Source of the DNA: Azolla caroliniana
Lineage: Eukaryota > Plantae > Polypodiophyta
NCBI GenBank assembly: GCA_043228905.1
Contig: JBHGNT010000004.1
Coordinates: 6,944,001 to 7,008,000, forward strand
Length of the DNA: 64,000 nucleotides
Direction: 5' to 3'
In this document: in pieces, positions 24,701 to 36,515 of the stretch
How the letters are laid out: each line of letters begins with the position of its first letter
Numbering within the stretch: position 1 is the stretch's first letter
Notes under the pieces: model-generated
What the model was told of the DNA's origin: nothing
Seen by the model: the letters and a program-made list of their open reading frames with translations, nothing else
Database searches by the model: none
Position numbers and translations under genes: made by a program

Positions 24701-26277
24701 TAAACTAATACTAGGCAAGTTACAATATAGATTGGACGATGTTGTACCTGGTTCCCTTTTAGTACTACTAATTCTGGAAAATATCCCTTCAACTAACTAC
24801 ACATACCAATTATATATTAAGAGTACTGCCAATACTATCCCATTGTTGTTAGAGATACACTAATACTAATCCATTGTTCTCCTAAATTTTAAGTATGAAT
24901 TGTGGCATACACTAGTTCTAGTCCAAATGATAATTGACATTATATAATACAAACAATAGAATAGTAGAGCCACATACCGTACGGGTGTACTTTTAAACCC
25001 CAAGCATAGTACCACTCAGCCGCAATTGTAGTTTTACAGTCCATACATGTATTCTCTTTCTCAAAATGATACTTAGCACATAGCACATGATATGTGTGCA
25101 AGCATGGTGTAATCACAACATCCATAGCCTCCAGCTTGAATCCGAGGCCACAAAATATACACCTGGAAGATTGCAAACACAAGTTATAATATATTAGCTG
25201 CTCACTTATTTATACCATAAAAGTAGAAATAAATAACTTTTAAAGCTAATACCGTGATATAGCTATACTAGTAATGGTACTTTCTATACCACTTGGGTGC
25301 TCAATTACAGATGGACACAAAGTATCAAAACCATTATGTTTTAAATCCTGCATCAAGCATGCAAGGTTCTCAGAATGCAACTTTAAGGCTGACAACTTAT
25401 TATCTATTTCTTCATGTGCATTCCTGCAAGTATCAAGGTCTGTCATCTGTGAATGTAATTGAGCACCCATATTGTTCAGCTCTTTCTTCAACTCCTCTTT
25501 CAACACCTCACTTTCTGAATTTTGGATTGTCGATGCAATCCATTCATATGTAGTCTTTATTGAAGAAAATTTCTTTTCTGCCTGTATCTCAGCTGATTTA
25601 ACTGCTTCCAAATCAGCAAGTAGTGCTTGTATTCTTGAGCTCATAGAAGCTATGCAACCAGCCATCATCTGTTCATGTTTTTCAGTCATTGTGGCCCGTA
25701 CCTTTGCCTCTAGAACTTGTTGGACAGGTGTTGTAGCTGGAATATCCACATGAGAGGTTCCAGATGACTTCAAGCCAGTGTTGGTACTGGAGGACCCTTT
25801 GTAATGTTCTGACCGGTGCCGATTAAAATCTTCCCAATTAACGTCGATGCCACCTTGAACTTCACATGCAAAAGCACGTGCAAAAACAGTACCCACCTCA
25901 TTGTTAGTGATTTGATTTGTATCATAAACATGTTCGTATCTCGTCTTCAATAAATTGATGTATTCCCTCTTCAAACCACTCATGTGGAATCCTCGCCTTG
26001 TGTCGGGATGTGCTGACCCCCAGGTTTTTAACAACCACTCTCTCAGCTCTGGGTAAACGTCAGGTCGTGCCCGAAGGAAATAATTCCATCCAAGAGGTGT
26101 GTCTCGACTGATGGACTGGTACTGCCAGGTCTTCTTTCTCTGTGTTGATGAATTCATCACCCTTTCTCTTGTGGGTGTCTTCTTGCTTTCTTTCATGGGT
26201 GTCCTTCTTCCTTCCTTCACTGGTGTCTTCACTTTCTCTTTCATCAATGTCTTCTTTATGGGTGTCCTTCTCGTCAT
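21776..26277 (-). CDS. Transposon accessory gene: basic N-terminus, unknown domain, coiled coil, RING-H2 finger, long acidic repeat tail (~920-950 aa)
   Basis: Exons 26277-25253, 25162-24978, 23589-23263, 23183-22917 (optional in-frame intron 23022-23105) and 22824-21776 join through GT-AG introns with matching phases (2853 nt). RING-H2: CIFC-x15-CLHTYHVLC-x10-CMDC. Confidence 0.75.
22388..22642 (-). repeat. Coding tandem repeat, 5 x 51 bp (EAHEECGKNMASTEEKI)
   Basis: Visible in ORF 21776-22651. Confidence 0.92.
23650..24720. repeat. Degenerate ~52-bp tandem array rich in TAGTACTAAT, inside the large intron of the accessory gene
   Basis: AGTACTAATCATGAACAATGTACTACTCACTTAGTT-like units recur many times. 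Confidence 0.85.
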
Positions 26278-27199
26278 TTTCCTAGTCAACACAATTCTCA
26301 TCAACACATAGCAAATCAATTACCATCAACACATCGCAATTACCATCAACACATAGCAAATCATCACATTGCATGTACAAACCACATGTACAAACCACAT
26401 AGCAAATCATCACATTGCAAATCAACACACAATAACCCTAAATAGTCAAACACACAGAAAATAAAACTCATCCATGTCAAACACACAGAAAATAAAAACA
26501 GACGAATAGGAAAGTCAAAGAAAACGAAAACTTTGTAAATCATCATAACCAACTCCATCACATCGCATGTACAAGCCATGTCCAACATACAAAAACCCAA
26601 AATAGTAGGAAAAAAACTCATCCATGCCAAACTCACACAAAATAAAAACAGATGGACATGAAACATTAACAAAACAAAAACATAGCAACTCATCATAGCC
26701 AACTCCATTTTGGCCACATGTACAAACATGTCTAACACACAACCACATCGAACAAAATATTGTGATACATTTTTAAAAGAAACACAGAGAAACACAGAGA
26801 AAACAAAAACATACCAGTTGGGCATGCAACACATAGACTATGAATAATCAAAACCTACAAATGGTCATACACATACAAATAAAAAACAGACAGAGAGGAA
26901 ACATTCAGAAAAAGAATACATACCAGTTGGGCATGCAACACAGAGAATACCTGGAGGTCGCTAAACTTGCAGAGGTACCACACCGTCTTGATTTCGATAC
27001 CTTGGGAGACAAACGAGAAAACTTCAGGATGACAAACGAGCAAAACGTCAGAGGCTGCTGCAGAGGAGACAAACGAGCAAACTTCAGAGGCTGCTGCAGA
27101 GGAGACAAACTTCAGAGGCTGCTGCAGAGGCTGCTGCGTATACAGAGTTCAGAGATCGAACCTGGCACAGAGGGGAACACAAGAACAACAACAACGGGG

Positions 27200-27410
27200 A
27201 AACAGAGAATCGAAGGTGGAGTGAGAGAGAGAAACAGAAAGAAAGAAAGAAAGAGACCTTCGAAGGTGGAGTGAGAGACAGAGAGAAACAGACCTTCGAA
27301 GGTGTCTGTCTGACAACTTCGAGGTAGAAGAGAGAGAGAGAGAGACAGAGAGTGAGTGAGAGACAAAGAGAAACAGACCCTCGACGGTGTCTGTCTGACA
27401 ACTTCGAGAC

Positions 27411-27462
<52 letters not shown>

Positions 27463-27551
27463 CAGACAGACAGAGAGACAGAGAGACAGAGAGTGAGTGA
27501 GAGACAGAGAGAAACAGACCTTCGAAGGTGTCTGTCTGACAACTTCGAGAC

Positions 27552-27601
<50 letters not shown>

Positions 27602-27660
27602 GAGAGAGAGACATACCAACTGACACGTTCGACTACCAATACCAGAGAGAGAGAGATTGA
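27200..27660. repeat. Compound (GA)n microsatellite with duplicated CTTCGAAGGTGTCTGTCTGACAACTTCGAG spacers
   Basis: Seen directly; lies in the presumed 5' leader/promoter of the accessory gene. Confidence 0.9.
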
Positions 27661-27900
27661 CACTGACCACCTGTCACAATGGAAACCTTCTCCAGGTGTG
27701 CTTTCGTACAACTCTACCTAGGAGACTGGGGCAACACTTAATGCATTAAATATGGCCTAGGGACATTCGAGTGTGACGTATAATATCTTTGAACATTCGA
27801 GTGTGACGTAATGAATTTGTTTTTGGTTTTTTGAAATTTATTTACAATTTTTAATGTTTCTTTTCTTCTTCGATTTAGTACTAAATTTTTGGCCAAAAGT

Positions 27901-27926
27901 TGGTACACCGTAGCATGCTTCGACCC
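27901..27926 (-). repeat. Right TIR
   Basis: TGGTACACCGTAGCATGCTTCGACCC followed by the TSD ACTA. Confidence 0.92.
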
Positions 27927-29604
27927 ACTAACGTTTCTTTTGGTTTTCTTTTTGTCTTCGCGTGGAATGGCGATTGATCGTTGTGCGGTCGCCTTCATGC
28001 AGACAAGGATTAGCGAAAGAACTTCGGTAAATTTTCCTTAATTTTTTATCTAATTTTTCTTCTCCCTTCTATACATGTGTATACTTAATATGTAGTTTTT
28101 TTTTCATATATTCAATGATGTTGACGTGGTATTTAATTGGTTATCTTAAACGTTTACATATGTCCACGAGGTCAATACCTCGTTTGACATATAAATCATA
28201 TGTGATGAGTGTCGTATGCGTACGAGGTTACTACCTCAATTGCGTATTACGTTCACGAACATATGTTACGTTCGCGTACGAGGTCAATACCTCGCTTCGT
28301 TCGAAATGATATGCGTTGGATTTACTATGCGTAAGAGGTCAATACCTCAATTGCGAATTACGCTTAACCTTATTTTCGGATGTTTCGTGTGCGTAGAGGT
28401 ATATGCCTCGATTACGTATCCCGAATACATCATTGTTGGCTATATAAAAAAAACGATTCATTTAGTATACGCATATGTGGTCACTTATATACGTCTCTGA
28501 TCGTATATATGTGATATATTGACATATGTGTATATTTTAGATTACGTGATTCATATCAAATGTTTTCCTAATTGGGGAGAGGATTTTGGTGGCCGTCCTC
28601 ACATTTTTGTGAGAATGGCGTTGTCACCATCCCTTTTATCAACAATTTTTATTGTTGAAATTCCCGTTGGTCACTTTGATCTTTCGTTACGTAACGAACC
28701 TCGTATAGCCAAAATGATGTTGAATACGTCGGGCTTGATCCACATCAAGTAGGGTCGCTCTAATGACACACGTATCCAACATCTCCCCTCGTTACATGGA
28801 TACGATGCCACCATGAGCTCGTTCTTACGAGCGCCATTCGTAATGACGTGACCATGTGATGGGCCACATGAGCCTACGAAGACACAAGGGCTCATTCGGC
28901 TTGACCATTAGGTTACACTTTGGCATAGGCCATTGTACTTACGAGGCTTGAGGGTAGGTAGCGTACAACCATAGTGGGTAATAAATGAGGGAGAAATAAG
29001 GCCACTTGACCTATATGTTTCTTTTAAAAAAAACATATAGGGGCAAATGCCTCACATATCTCGAATACGCCTCAAACATTAAACATTCAATACGCGCAAT
29101 CTACTTGGTTGGCTCAAGTGTTTAATGTATTTGTCCTCGAGGTCTCGAGTTCAAATATGACCAATACCATACAACATCGTTGATACATATGACTATAATA
29201 CATGTTTAGACTTTAGGTCTAAGTGCACTTCGGGGTCCTCGTAATAGGACTTAAAGAGCCGAAACCACATATGTGGGCACAGAAACATAGTTATTGTTAA
29301 CATTTTTTTCGTGTATAAACTATTCATGACGCGAACATACATGGTTGAGCCTCGGGGAGCCGCCATGAAAAAAATCGATATAGAGATCAGGGAAAGGCAT
29401 TCATTTGTCACCCCCATGGTTTTTAAAACACCTCTGTGTTACCATAGTAACCTGATCTTGAACCTCATCTCATACGTCTAGAGGGGTATTGACGTGAGAT
29501 CATGATATCGATTAATGTTTGCCCATGATATGTTTACACCACGACAAGATGTTATGACTATTTGTCTGACCTTATCTTATTTCTTTGCCAGAAATAATCA
29601 TTCA

Positions 29605-32600
29605 ATGGCTCAGAATAACGACCCGATGCCCTCCGCTCAAGCGGAAAGACCTCAAGGAAATCCTCCTGGGACAATGTCCATTGAGGCGTATATTTTACAA
29701 GTACAACATTTCCTTAGTTCAACCGCGCAGCAGTTGACCGAATTTCGGCAATCTCAAAGTGCTCTCGAGGCACGAGTCATTAGTCTCCAAAATGAGATTA
29801 ATAGACCTGATGAGCGTCAGGGTGAACCATCATTTGTCGTAAAGCCATTTACGGGAGATAAAAAGGAAAGAACCGAAGAAGCAATCTGCACGTGGCTGGG
29901 CCGATGGGAGTCTCATTTTGAGCTCTATCCCACGCCAGATAGTACGAAGATTGCATATGTCGGCCGAGAACTAGGGGGTAAGGCCGCCGCTTGGTGGCGT
30001 GGGCTCCGAACTTTGGGGAGATTGCCCGAGACCTGGACAGACTTTGTCACAGTTTTCAAGGGTCAATTTCTACAACCTCCCTCTCGAACCGAGGCAGCAC
30101 AAGCTTTAATGAACCTCTCTAGCAGGAAGTTTTCCTCGCTAGAAGATTATGTCCACCATGCTAGAACCCAAATCCAAAAATCGGGTCTAGAAGGGGACAA
30201 TTGGTTAATAGCTTGTTTTGTCAATGGCATCCCCAATTCGGACTATCACTGGATAGTGCACGATAAGGATCCAAAATCCTTCGAAGAGGCCGTTGAGATA
30301 GTTCTTCGCTATCAACGCACTTCGAAGAAGGACCATAACAAACCCAACGAAGCGCCCGGGACTAAGCAGTCGCAATTCGTTGGGAAACGCAAGACACCCA
30401 ACGAATTCATGGATCGCGATTATAAGCGACAACATCCTTTTTGCGTATTCTGCAAAAAGAAGGGTCATACAAAAGAGCAATGTCGTAAGCTCCAACGAAA
30501 AGAGCACGACGCCAAACCTAAAGCTACAGATCATAAAGGTCAGATTCCTAATGTCCTTCAGGTCTATACACATCATTTGAGTAATTGTCAATGTTCTTTC
30601 CCTCATTATGTATTGGGTCCCAATGATTTACTACGTGCAAACGGGTATATCAATGGATCTCCCGTACAATTTTTATTTGATTCGGGAAGCTCACACAATT
30701 TTGTGAATGATCGTTTGGTACAGATATGGGGAATCCAACCCACCGTAAGTGATCACACCTACACGGTGCACTTGGCTGATGGAAGAGTACAACACATCAA
30801 CGGGGCGATTCATTCTTTAGGAATTTCTATTGATACCTATATAGAGGAAGTAGACTTCCATGTAATGAATCTTAGTACCACCGATGTAATACTGGGTTAT
30901 CCCTGGTTTTATAATAAAAGCTCTTCTTTATTTATTGATTGGGTTCGCCATTCCATTTCTTTTGTACTCAACGATTGTACGCATTTTATTCAATGTGTAA
31001 CAAAACAATCCCTCTCGATTGTTTCCTCGTGTCCATCAATATCCGAGTTGTCTTGTTCTACGTTATTTTATTGTGTACTTGATCCGGACATTCACGTTTA
31101 CAATATCGATAATGTCTCGGGTCAATTAACATATTTTGAACAAAAACAACTTGATGAAATCGTAAACGATTTTCGTGATGTTTTTCCGAGTGAACTACCC
31201 GATGGTTTACCTCCTAAACGTAATATAGACCATCGTATAGATATTGTACCTGGCATTGCACCCATTAGTATACCTCCGTATCGCCTAAGTCGATCTGAAG
31301 AGGATGAGGTAGCTAAGCAACTTAAGGACTATTTACGAATGGGTTATATACGTTATAGTAAATCTCCATGGGGTGCACCAGTTCTCTTGGTTAAAAAGAA
31401 AGAGGGCACATGGCGTATGTGTATTAATTACCGACGCTTGAATAAAGTGACGATCAAGAATTCGTACCCATTGCCCCGGGCTGACGATCTAATTGACCGT
31501 CTCCAGGGAGCTCGGTATTTTACGAAACTTGATCTCCGTACTGGCTACCATCAAATACGAATAAGTGAGGACGATGTTCCTAAAACAGCATTTCGTACGC
31601 GCTACGGCCATTATGAGTTTTTGGTTATGCCTTTTGGTTTGACCAATGCTCCGGCTACATTTCAACAAGAAATGAATGACATTTTCCGAGAACAACTTGG
31701 AAAATTTGTCGTTATCTTCTTAGATGATATTTTAGTTTATAGCCGTACATTACAAGAACATGCTAGACATGTCCGCTTTGTTTTACAAATATTGCGTGAC
31801 AAACAATTTTACGCGAAGATCTCAAAATGTGAGTTCTTCAAGAAATCAATTACTTATCTTGGACATCTCATAACCGAACGAGGAGTTGAAATTGATCCTT
31901 CTCGCATCGAGAAAATCAAGCTTTGGCCCACTCTTCGGAATATTCGAGAAGTTCGATCATTCCTTGGTTTTGTCGGATTTTTGCGAAAATCTCTTCGTAA
32001 TTACTCACAATTGACGACGCCGTTTACTGATCTTCTAAAAGGTCAAACGCGTAAGTCTACAAAACCTATTGTGTGGAATGCTACACTAGACCTCGCCTTT
32101 AAGGAACTCAAGGACTTGGTATGCAAGGCTCCTTCACTTCTTTTACCCGATCCTTCAAAACCTTTTGAGGTTGAAACCGACGCAAGCGATTATGCTATAG
32201 GTGATGTCTTGTATCAATATGGTAAACCAATAGCATTCGAGAGTAAGAAACTTGATTCTGCTCAATGTCGGTATACCGTTCAAGAAAAGGAATTATTTGC
32301 GGTTATACATGCGCTCAAAACATGGCGCCATTATCTTTATGGAAATCGCTTTGTGGTAACTACGGACCACGAGTCCTTGAAATATTTTTGTGACCAACAA
32401 GACCTGAAAGGTCGTAAGGCACGATGGGCTGATCTCATCCAGGACTTTGATTTTTCCATACGATATCGTAAAGGTTCCATGAATACTGTCGCTGATGCAC
32501 TAAGTCGCATCCGTGAAGTTAACATGCTTAGCTTCACTGAAATAACATCAGATCTTTATGATCACCTTCGAGGAAAGTATCCTGATGACAATTATTTTGC

Positions 32601-34038
32601 AAAATACTGGGCAAGAGTCGAGTCTGGAACAGACACCACCACACCCTCGAAGGAATACTTCCACATTGCTAACGGTCTGCTCTACCGTAATGGGAAGGTT
32701 TGTGTTCCAGATTTACCTGAGGTCAAAAAGAGAATTCTTTTTGAATGCCATGATGCACCCTCAGCAGGGCACCCTGGAATACATCGTACACTCGTTCTCA
32801 TCTCCACTCAATTTTATTGGCCTAAGATGCGTCCTGACATACATAGCTATGTGACTAAATGTCACCAATGTCAGGTTAACAAAGCCGAGCGACTTAAAGC
32901 CGCAGGACTTTTACATCCCTTGGACATTCCCAATAATAAGTGGGAAAGTATATCCATGGATTTTATTGTTAGCCTTCCTCGCACCCAAAAAGGTCATGAT
33001 GCCATATGGGTTGTGGTTGACAGACTAACTAAAATGGCCAGATTTATTGCTACTAAAACCACGGTAACAGCTCCTGAATTGGCTTACCAATTCGTTGATG
33101 AGTTATTTCGTTTTTACGGGTTACCGATGGATATCGTGAGTGACCGAGATCCGAAGTTTACTAGTGACTTCTGGACGCAAGTCTTTAAGAAGTTAGAAAC
33201 TACGTTGAGCATGAGCTCCACGGATCATCCTCAATCCGATGGACAGACAGAACGAGTAAATCAAATTATTGAGGACATGCTTCGAGCATACGTTGGTGCA
33301 AAACCAACAAAATGGGAACGTTACCTCCCAATTTTGGAGTTTGCTTATACCAGCTCCAAGCATACGTCTACGGGATATAGTCCTTTTATGTTGATGTATG
33401 GATTTCAGCCACGAGCCCCGATTGATGTTAATATACATCATGATGAGTTGCGAAGTACGCAAAACTTTCTTCGGGATATGCAAGATATGTTGCATATTGC
33501 ACGGGATAATATAAAAACAGCTCAAGATAGAGCGCGTTTTTATGCCGATCATCGCAGGCAACCTCGTGTATTCAGCCCTGGACAGAAGGTATTTTTACGT
33601 GTACCTCACAATTCTAAGACATTGTCTACGGGTAAGTGCGCTAAGTTAGCCCCACGGTTTTGTGGACCTTTTACAGTCCTCAAACGCATTGGATCATCAG
33701 CCTATCGTCTCGCTCTTCCCGATGGTGTTGGAATCCATCCAGTCTTTCATGTAAGTCGTCTAAAAGAACTTCTAGGTTCTGGCGACAATACAGTTACAAC
33801 TGAAACTCTGGTTACTTCTGAAGATTTATCTTCTAAACCACATGTACCAGAAAGAATTCTCGATGTTAAAACAAAAAAATTACGTGCTAAGGAAATCCGA
33901 GAATTTAAAATAAAATGGATGGATAAATCAATCACAGATGCCACATGGGAACGCGAAACGACTCTAAGAACTAACTTCCCTAACTTTCCATTGCAAGAGT
34001 GCAATGTTTTAAAGAGGGGGAGTATGTTACGGGCATGA
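29605..34038 (+). CDS. gag-pol: Intact chromovirus gag-pol single ORF with C-terminal chromodomain (ORF open from 29515)
   Basis: [53 protein letters not shown]...EKEL...TDH...ADALSR, integrase HH-CC/SMDF/SDRD/TERVN, GPF, and chromodomain PERILD...FKIKW...ATWE. Ends inside the 3' LTR. Confidence 0.97.
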   Translation: MAQNNDPMPSAQAERPQGNPPGTMSIEAYILQVQHFLSSTAQQLTEFRQSQSALEARVISLQNEINRPDERQGEPSFVVKPFTGDKKERTEEAICTWLGRWESHFELYPTPDSTKIAYVGRELGGKAAAWWRGLRTLGRLPETWTDFVTVFKGQFLQPPSRTEAAQALMNLSSRKFSSLEDYVHHARTQIQKSGLEGDNWLIACFVNGIPNSDYHWIVHDKDPKSFEEAVEIVLRYQRTSKKDHNKPNEAPGTKQSQFVGKRKTPNEFMDRDYKRQHPFCVFCKKKGHTKEQCRKLQRKEHDAKPKATDHKGQIPNVLQVYTHHLSNCQCSFPHYVLGPNDLLRANGYINGSPVQFLFDSGSSHNFVNDRLVQIWGIQPTVSDHTYTVHLADGRVQHINGAIHSLGISIDTYIEEVDFHVMNLSTTDVILGYPWFYNKSSSLFIDWVRHSISFVLNDCTHFIQCVTKQSLSIVSSCPSISELSCSTLFYCVLDPDIHVYNIDNVSGQLTYFEQKQLDEIVNDFRDVFPSELPDGLPPKRNIDHRIDIVPGIAPISIPPYRLSRSEEDEVAKQLKDYLRMGYIRYSKSPWGAPVLLVKKKEGTWRMCINYRRLNKVTIKNSYPLPRADDLIDRLQGARYFTKLDLRTGYHQIRISEDDVPKTAFRTRYGHYEFLVMPFGLTNAPATFQQEMNDIFREQLGKFVVIFLDDILVYSRTLQEHARHVRFVLQILRDKQFYAKISKCEFFKKSITYLGHLITERGVEIDPSRIEKIKLWPTLRNIREVRSFLGFVGFLRKSLRNYSQLTTPFTDLLKGQTRKSTKPIVWNATLDLAFKELKDLVCKAPSLLLPDPSKPFEVETDASDYAIGDVLYQYGKPIAFESKKLDSAQCRYTVQEKELFAVIHALKTWRHYLYGNRFVVTTDHESLKYFCDQQDLKGRKARWADLIQDFDFSIRYRKGSMNTVADALSRIREVNMLSFTEITSDLYDHLRGKYPDDNYFAKYWARVESGTDTTTPSKEYFHIANGLLYRNGKVCVPDLPEVKKRILFECHDAPSAGHPGIHRTLVLISTQFYWPKMRPDIHSYVTKCHQCQVNKAERLKAAGLLHPLDIPNNKWESISMDFIVSLPRTQKGHDAIWVVVDRLTKMARFIATKTTVTAPELAYQFVDELFRFYGLPMDIVSDRDPKFTSDFWTQVFKKLETTLSMSSTDHPQSDGQTERVNQIIEDMLRAYVGAKPTKWERYLPILEFAYTSSKHTSTGYSPFMLMYGFQPRAPIDVNIHHDELRSTQNFLRDMQDMLHIARDNIKTAQDRARFYADHRRQPRVFSPGQKVFLRVPHNSKTLSTGKCAKLAPRFCGPFTVLKRIGSSAYRLALPDGVGIHPVFHVSRLKELLGSGDNTVTTETLVTSEDLSSKPHVPERILDVKTKKLRAKEIREFKIKWMDKSITDATWERETTLRTNFPNFPLQECNVLKRGSMLRA

Positions 34039-34491
34039 CCATATAATATCCCGTGGTGAGAATTGTCGTAGTATTCTATACACGTGGATAAGTGTGAGGG
34101 TTAAACAAAGAGTCTAAAGAAGGGGAGGATTACTTTTAATCCTCGGGATTGAGACAACCCATGAGGTCAAGTGTGAACATGGCTGGGGGCCTTGAGAATT
34201 ACTATAAATAAGAGGCCTAGCTACCCTCATTTGGGGGCATGCATTGACTACGTCGAGACTCTGTCCGTGAGTGGAACGACTCTTGTAGCAAGCGCGCTAT
34301 CGTCCAGGTACGACTCGACGCCAAGGCGGTGGTATGGGACGCCGATCGAGGCTCGAGTCCGTCTCGATCCCTTCGCTCGGGGGTGGTCGGGTGGATCGGC
34401 ACCCTTCTTTCTCTCTTTTCTCTCTATTCTTTCTAGATCTATCATTGATATATCCTTATTTTATGCTTACTTTAGTACCTAATCTCTAATA
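34025..34491 (+). repeat. 3' LTR (TG...TA)
   Basis: Direct repeat of 15253-15719. Confidence 0.97.
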
Positions 34492-35656
34492 ACTAGACCA
34501 ACGAATGACCCGGTTACGGAGCGAGCATGAAGACTTGCCGAATGATTGTGGAAGCAGAAGAGATCTGTGTGGATCGATCATTTTCCAAAGTAATCCGGCG
34601 AGTGGCCGTGGAGTCACTCCGCATGCAGCAGAATTCCCACCCGGATGAAGGAAGCAGCTTGAGCAGTCTCCAAGACATGGAATCCATTCTGCAGGCATTA
34701 GCGATAGGGTAAGGCGATTCGGAACTGTTCTCGGCCTTCGAATTGGATTCAGACGGCGAATGCAGCACCCATTCAAATTACCGTTGTCGTGCCTTTCGGC
34801 TCCGGATCGTTGCGTGAGTCGGGTGGGAACCATTGGGGTTTTGGACTAGGAGGAAAGAAAATTCTAAGGCAATTAAGAATGTGAAATATATTGTAAGAAA
34901 GAAAGATATGAAAAATTCGTGAATCCCACGAGTATAGTGTATTAGTGAGTACTCAAATTAAGAGAGAAAGAAAATAGTTAGCAAATTCGTGGATCCCACG
35001 ATTATATTAATCAACCCTTGTAAAATAATCAACAACCTCTATACATCTTTCTCTCTTCCTTATATAGTGTTGGAAGAGTCTAAGTTTATCACATGCAAGC
35101 ATCATGCTTTTCCTATCTTTTGTTTTCATGCACACTGCATGTGCATGATTAGCTTTCTATCTCATCTTTTCTTTTAACTCGAGTGTCTATGCATGAATAA
35201 CTTTTTGTACCATGCATGTCTAGAAATTTTACATGGGATAAAGTTTAGTATAACTTTAAAATTCATAATACGCTAGTATAATGATAAGGCTTAACATTAT
35301 TAACATGGAGGTGCAAGGTTCGAATCTTGCCCTATGCATGTAATATATATATATTTTATACTTTCTTCTATTTACAAATATGTCTCTTCATCCGGTGAGA
35401 GACTCTCACTGGCCTTCTTCATCCGGCTCTTTCCAGTTCTGCTTCATCCGGTGCTTGCTAGTTTTCTTTGTCCGGTTCTTATCGGGACCTCCTTACGGAT
35501 ATCTTTGTCCGTTTCTCACCGACTCTCACCGGCCTTCTTCATCCGGCTCTTGCCGGGTCTCCTTACCGGTTTCGGTCCTTACCGGTTCCTTCTTCCGGTT
35601 CTCACCGGGTACTCCATGTCCTATCCGGAGAGACCAAAAATGTAATTTTTCACGTA

Positions 35657-36110
35657 GTGTGCGAATTACACTAGGACACCGTAGAAGCCACGACACCCCA
35701 GACGGACCGGAGGACGAGCAGTCGGATACCTTGCCAACACCAGAACCGGAATAAACGGAACTAGAAGCCCCAGACCGGCAAGCGGCGGATCAACCTCTTA
35801 CACCGCCACGTGAAACACCGAAAGAAGAGGAGGAAAGACCTCCGACACCAAAAGAAGAGGAGGAAAAACCTCCGACACCGAAAGAAGAGGAGGAAATACC
35901 TTTGACACCGAAAGAAGAGGGGAGACCTCCGACACCACCAGCCCGTGTTCCGACACCAGACGACGACATGCTGTTCCAATATCCCAAGTACCGGGATGAT
36001 CCGGACGCGGAAGCTCATGTCTATGCATTTCTACAAACATGGGAAGCAAACCATGTGTCGCAACGCTTGACCGCCGCCGAAGCAGAACGCTCGAAGATTG
36101 CACCGTCCCG
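35657..36110 (+). pseudogene. Fragment of a gypsy gag N-terminus with PKEEEE-PPT repeats
   Basis: FQYPKYRDDPDAEAHVYAFLQTWEAN resembles a retrotransposon gag start; preceded by 30-bp coding repeats. Confidence 0.5.
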
Positions 36111-36149
36111 GCACCATCACGACATTTGAGGACTTAAAAACTAGATTTT

Positions 36150-36420
36150 TACAGTTCTGCATATTTGTGAAGAAGTTTGGTGGAGGAGACTTCCTCGTCC
36201 TCTTGTTGTAGGTGGATAACATGCTAATTGTTGGATGGGACCATATAAAAATGGGAATACTGAAGAAGGCCTTGAGTAGGTCATTCTTAATGAAGGATAT
36301 GGGTCCGGCAAGACAGATCCTAGGAATGCACATTGTCCGGGACTGGACAAAGACGCAATTGTGGTTGTCATTGAAGAAGTACGTGACAAAGGTGCTCGGG
36401 AGATTCAACATGGAAAGTGC
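36150..36420 (+). pseudogene. copia RT fragment
   Basis: LLL*VDNMLIVG...FLMKDMGPARQILGM (decayed YVDD). Confidence 0.85.
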
Positions 36421-36470
36421 AAATCATTATATGTATTATTTATGAATAGTTGCCGTTGTAACTAAGAGAC

Positions 36471-36515
<45 letters not shown>

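Larger units (their letters stand above)
15744..27926 (+). mobile_element. Sola2-type cut-and-paste DNA transposon, 12,183 bp, with two convergent genes
   Basis: TIRs GGGTAGAAGCACGCTACGGTGTACCA / GGGTCGAAGCATGCTACGGTGTACCA (24/26). Perfect 4-bp TSD ACTA (15740-15743, 27927-27930). GRG termini, 4-bp TSD and transposase motifs all fit Sola2. Confidence 0.9.
15253..34491 (+). mobile_element. Very young chromovirus Ty3/gypsy element (7.05 kb without its nested transposon), inserted upstream of the copia ORF
   Basis: 467-bp LTRs at 15253-15719 and 34025-34491 with one visible mismatch (C15395/T34167). Perfect TSD ACTAG (15248-15252, 34492-34496), Met PBS, PPT AAGAGGGGGAG, intact ORF. Confidence 0.97.

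Noticed and set aside
26364-26834. Hydrophobic 156-aa ORF as a membrane protein
   Set aside because: TG-rich low-complexity repeats in the presumed leader intron of the accessory gene.
27084-27711. Long ORFs of SLSLSL/ERERER type (also 9991-10348 and 50698-51030)
   Set aside because: Translations of (GA)n microsatellites.
15744-27926. Extra genes as cargo or env-like ORFs of a giant retrotransposon
   Set aside because: The block has its own TIRs and TSD and keeps sense-strand introns, so it is a nested DNA transposon.
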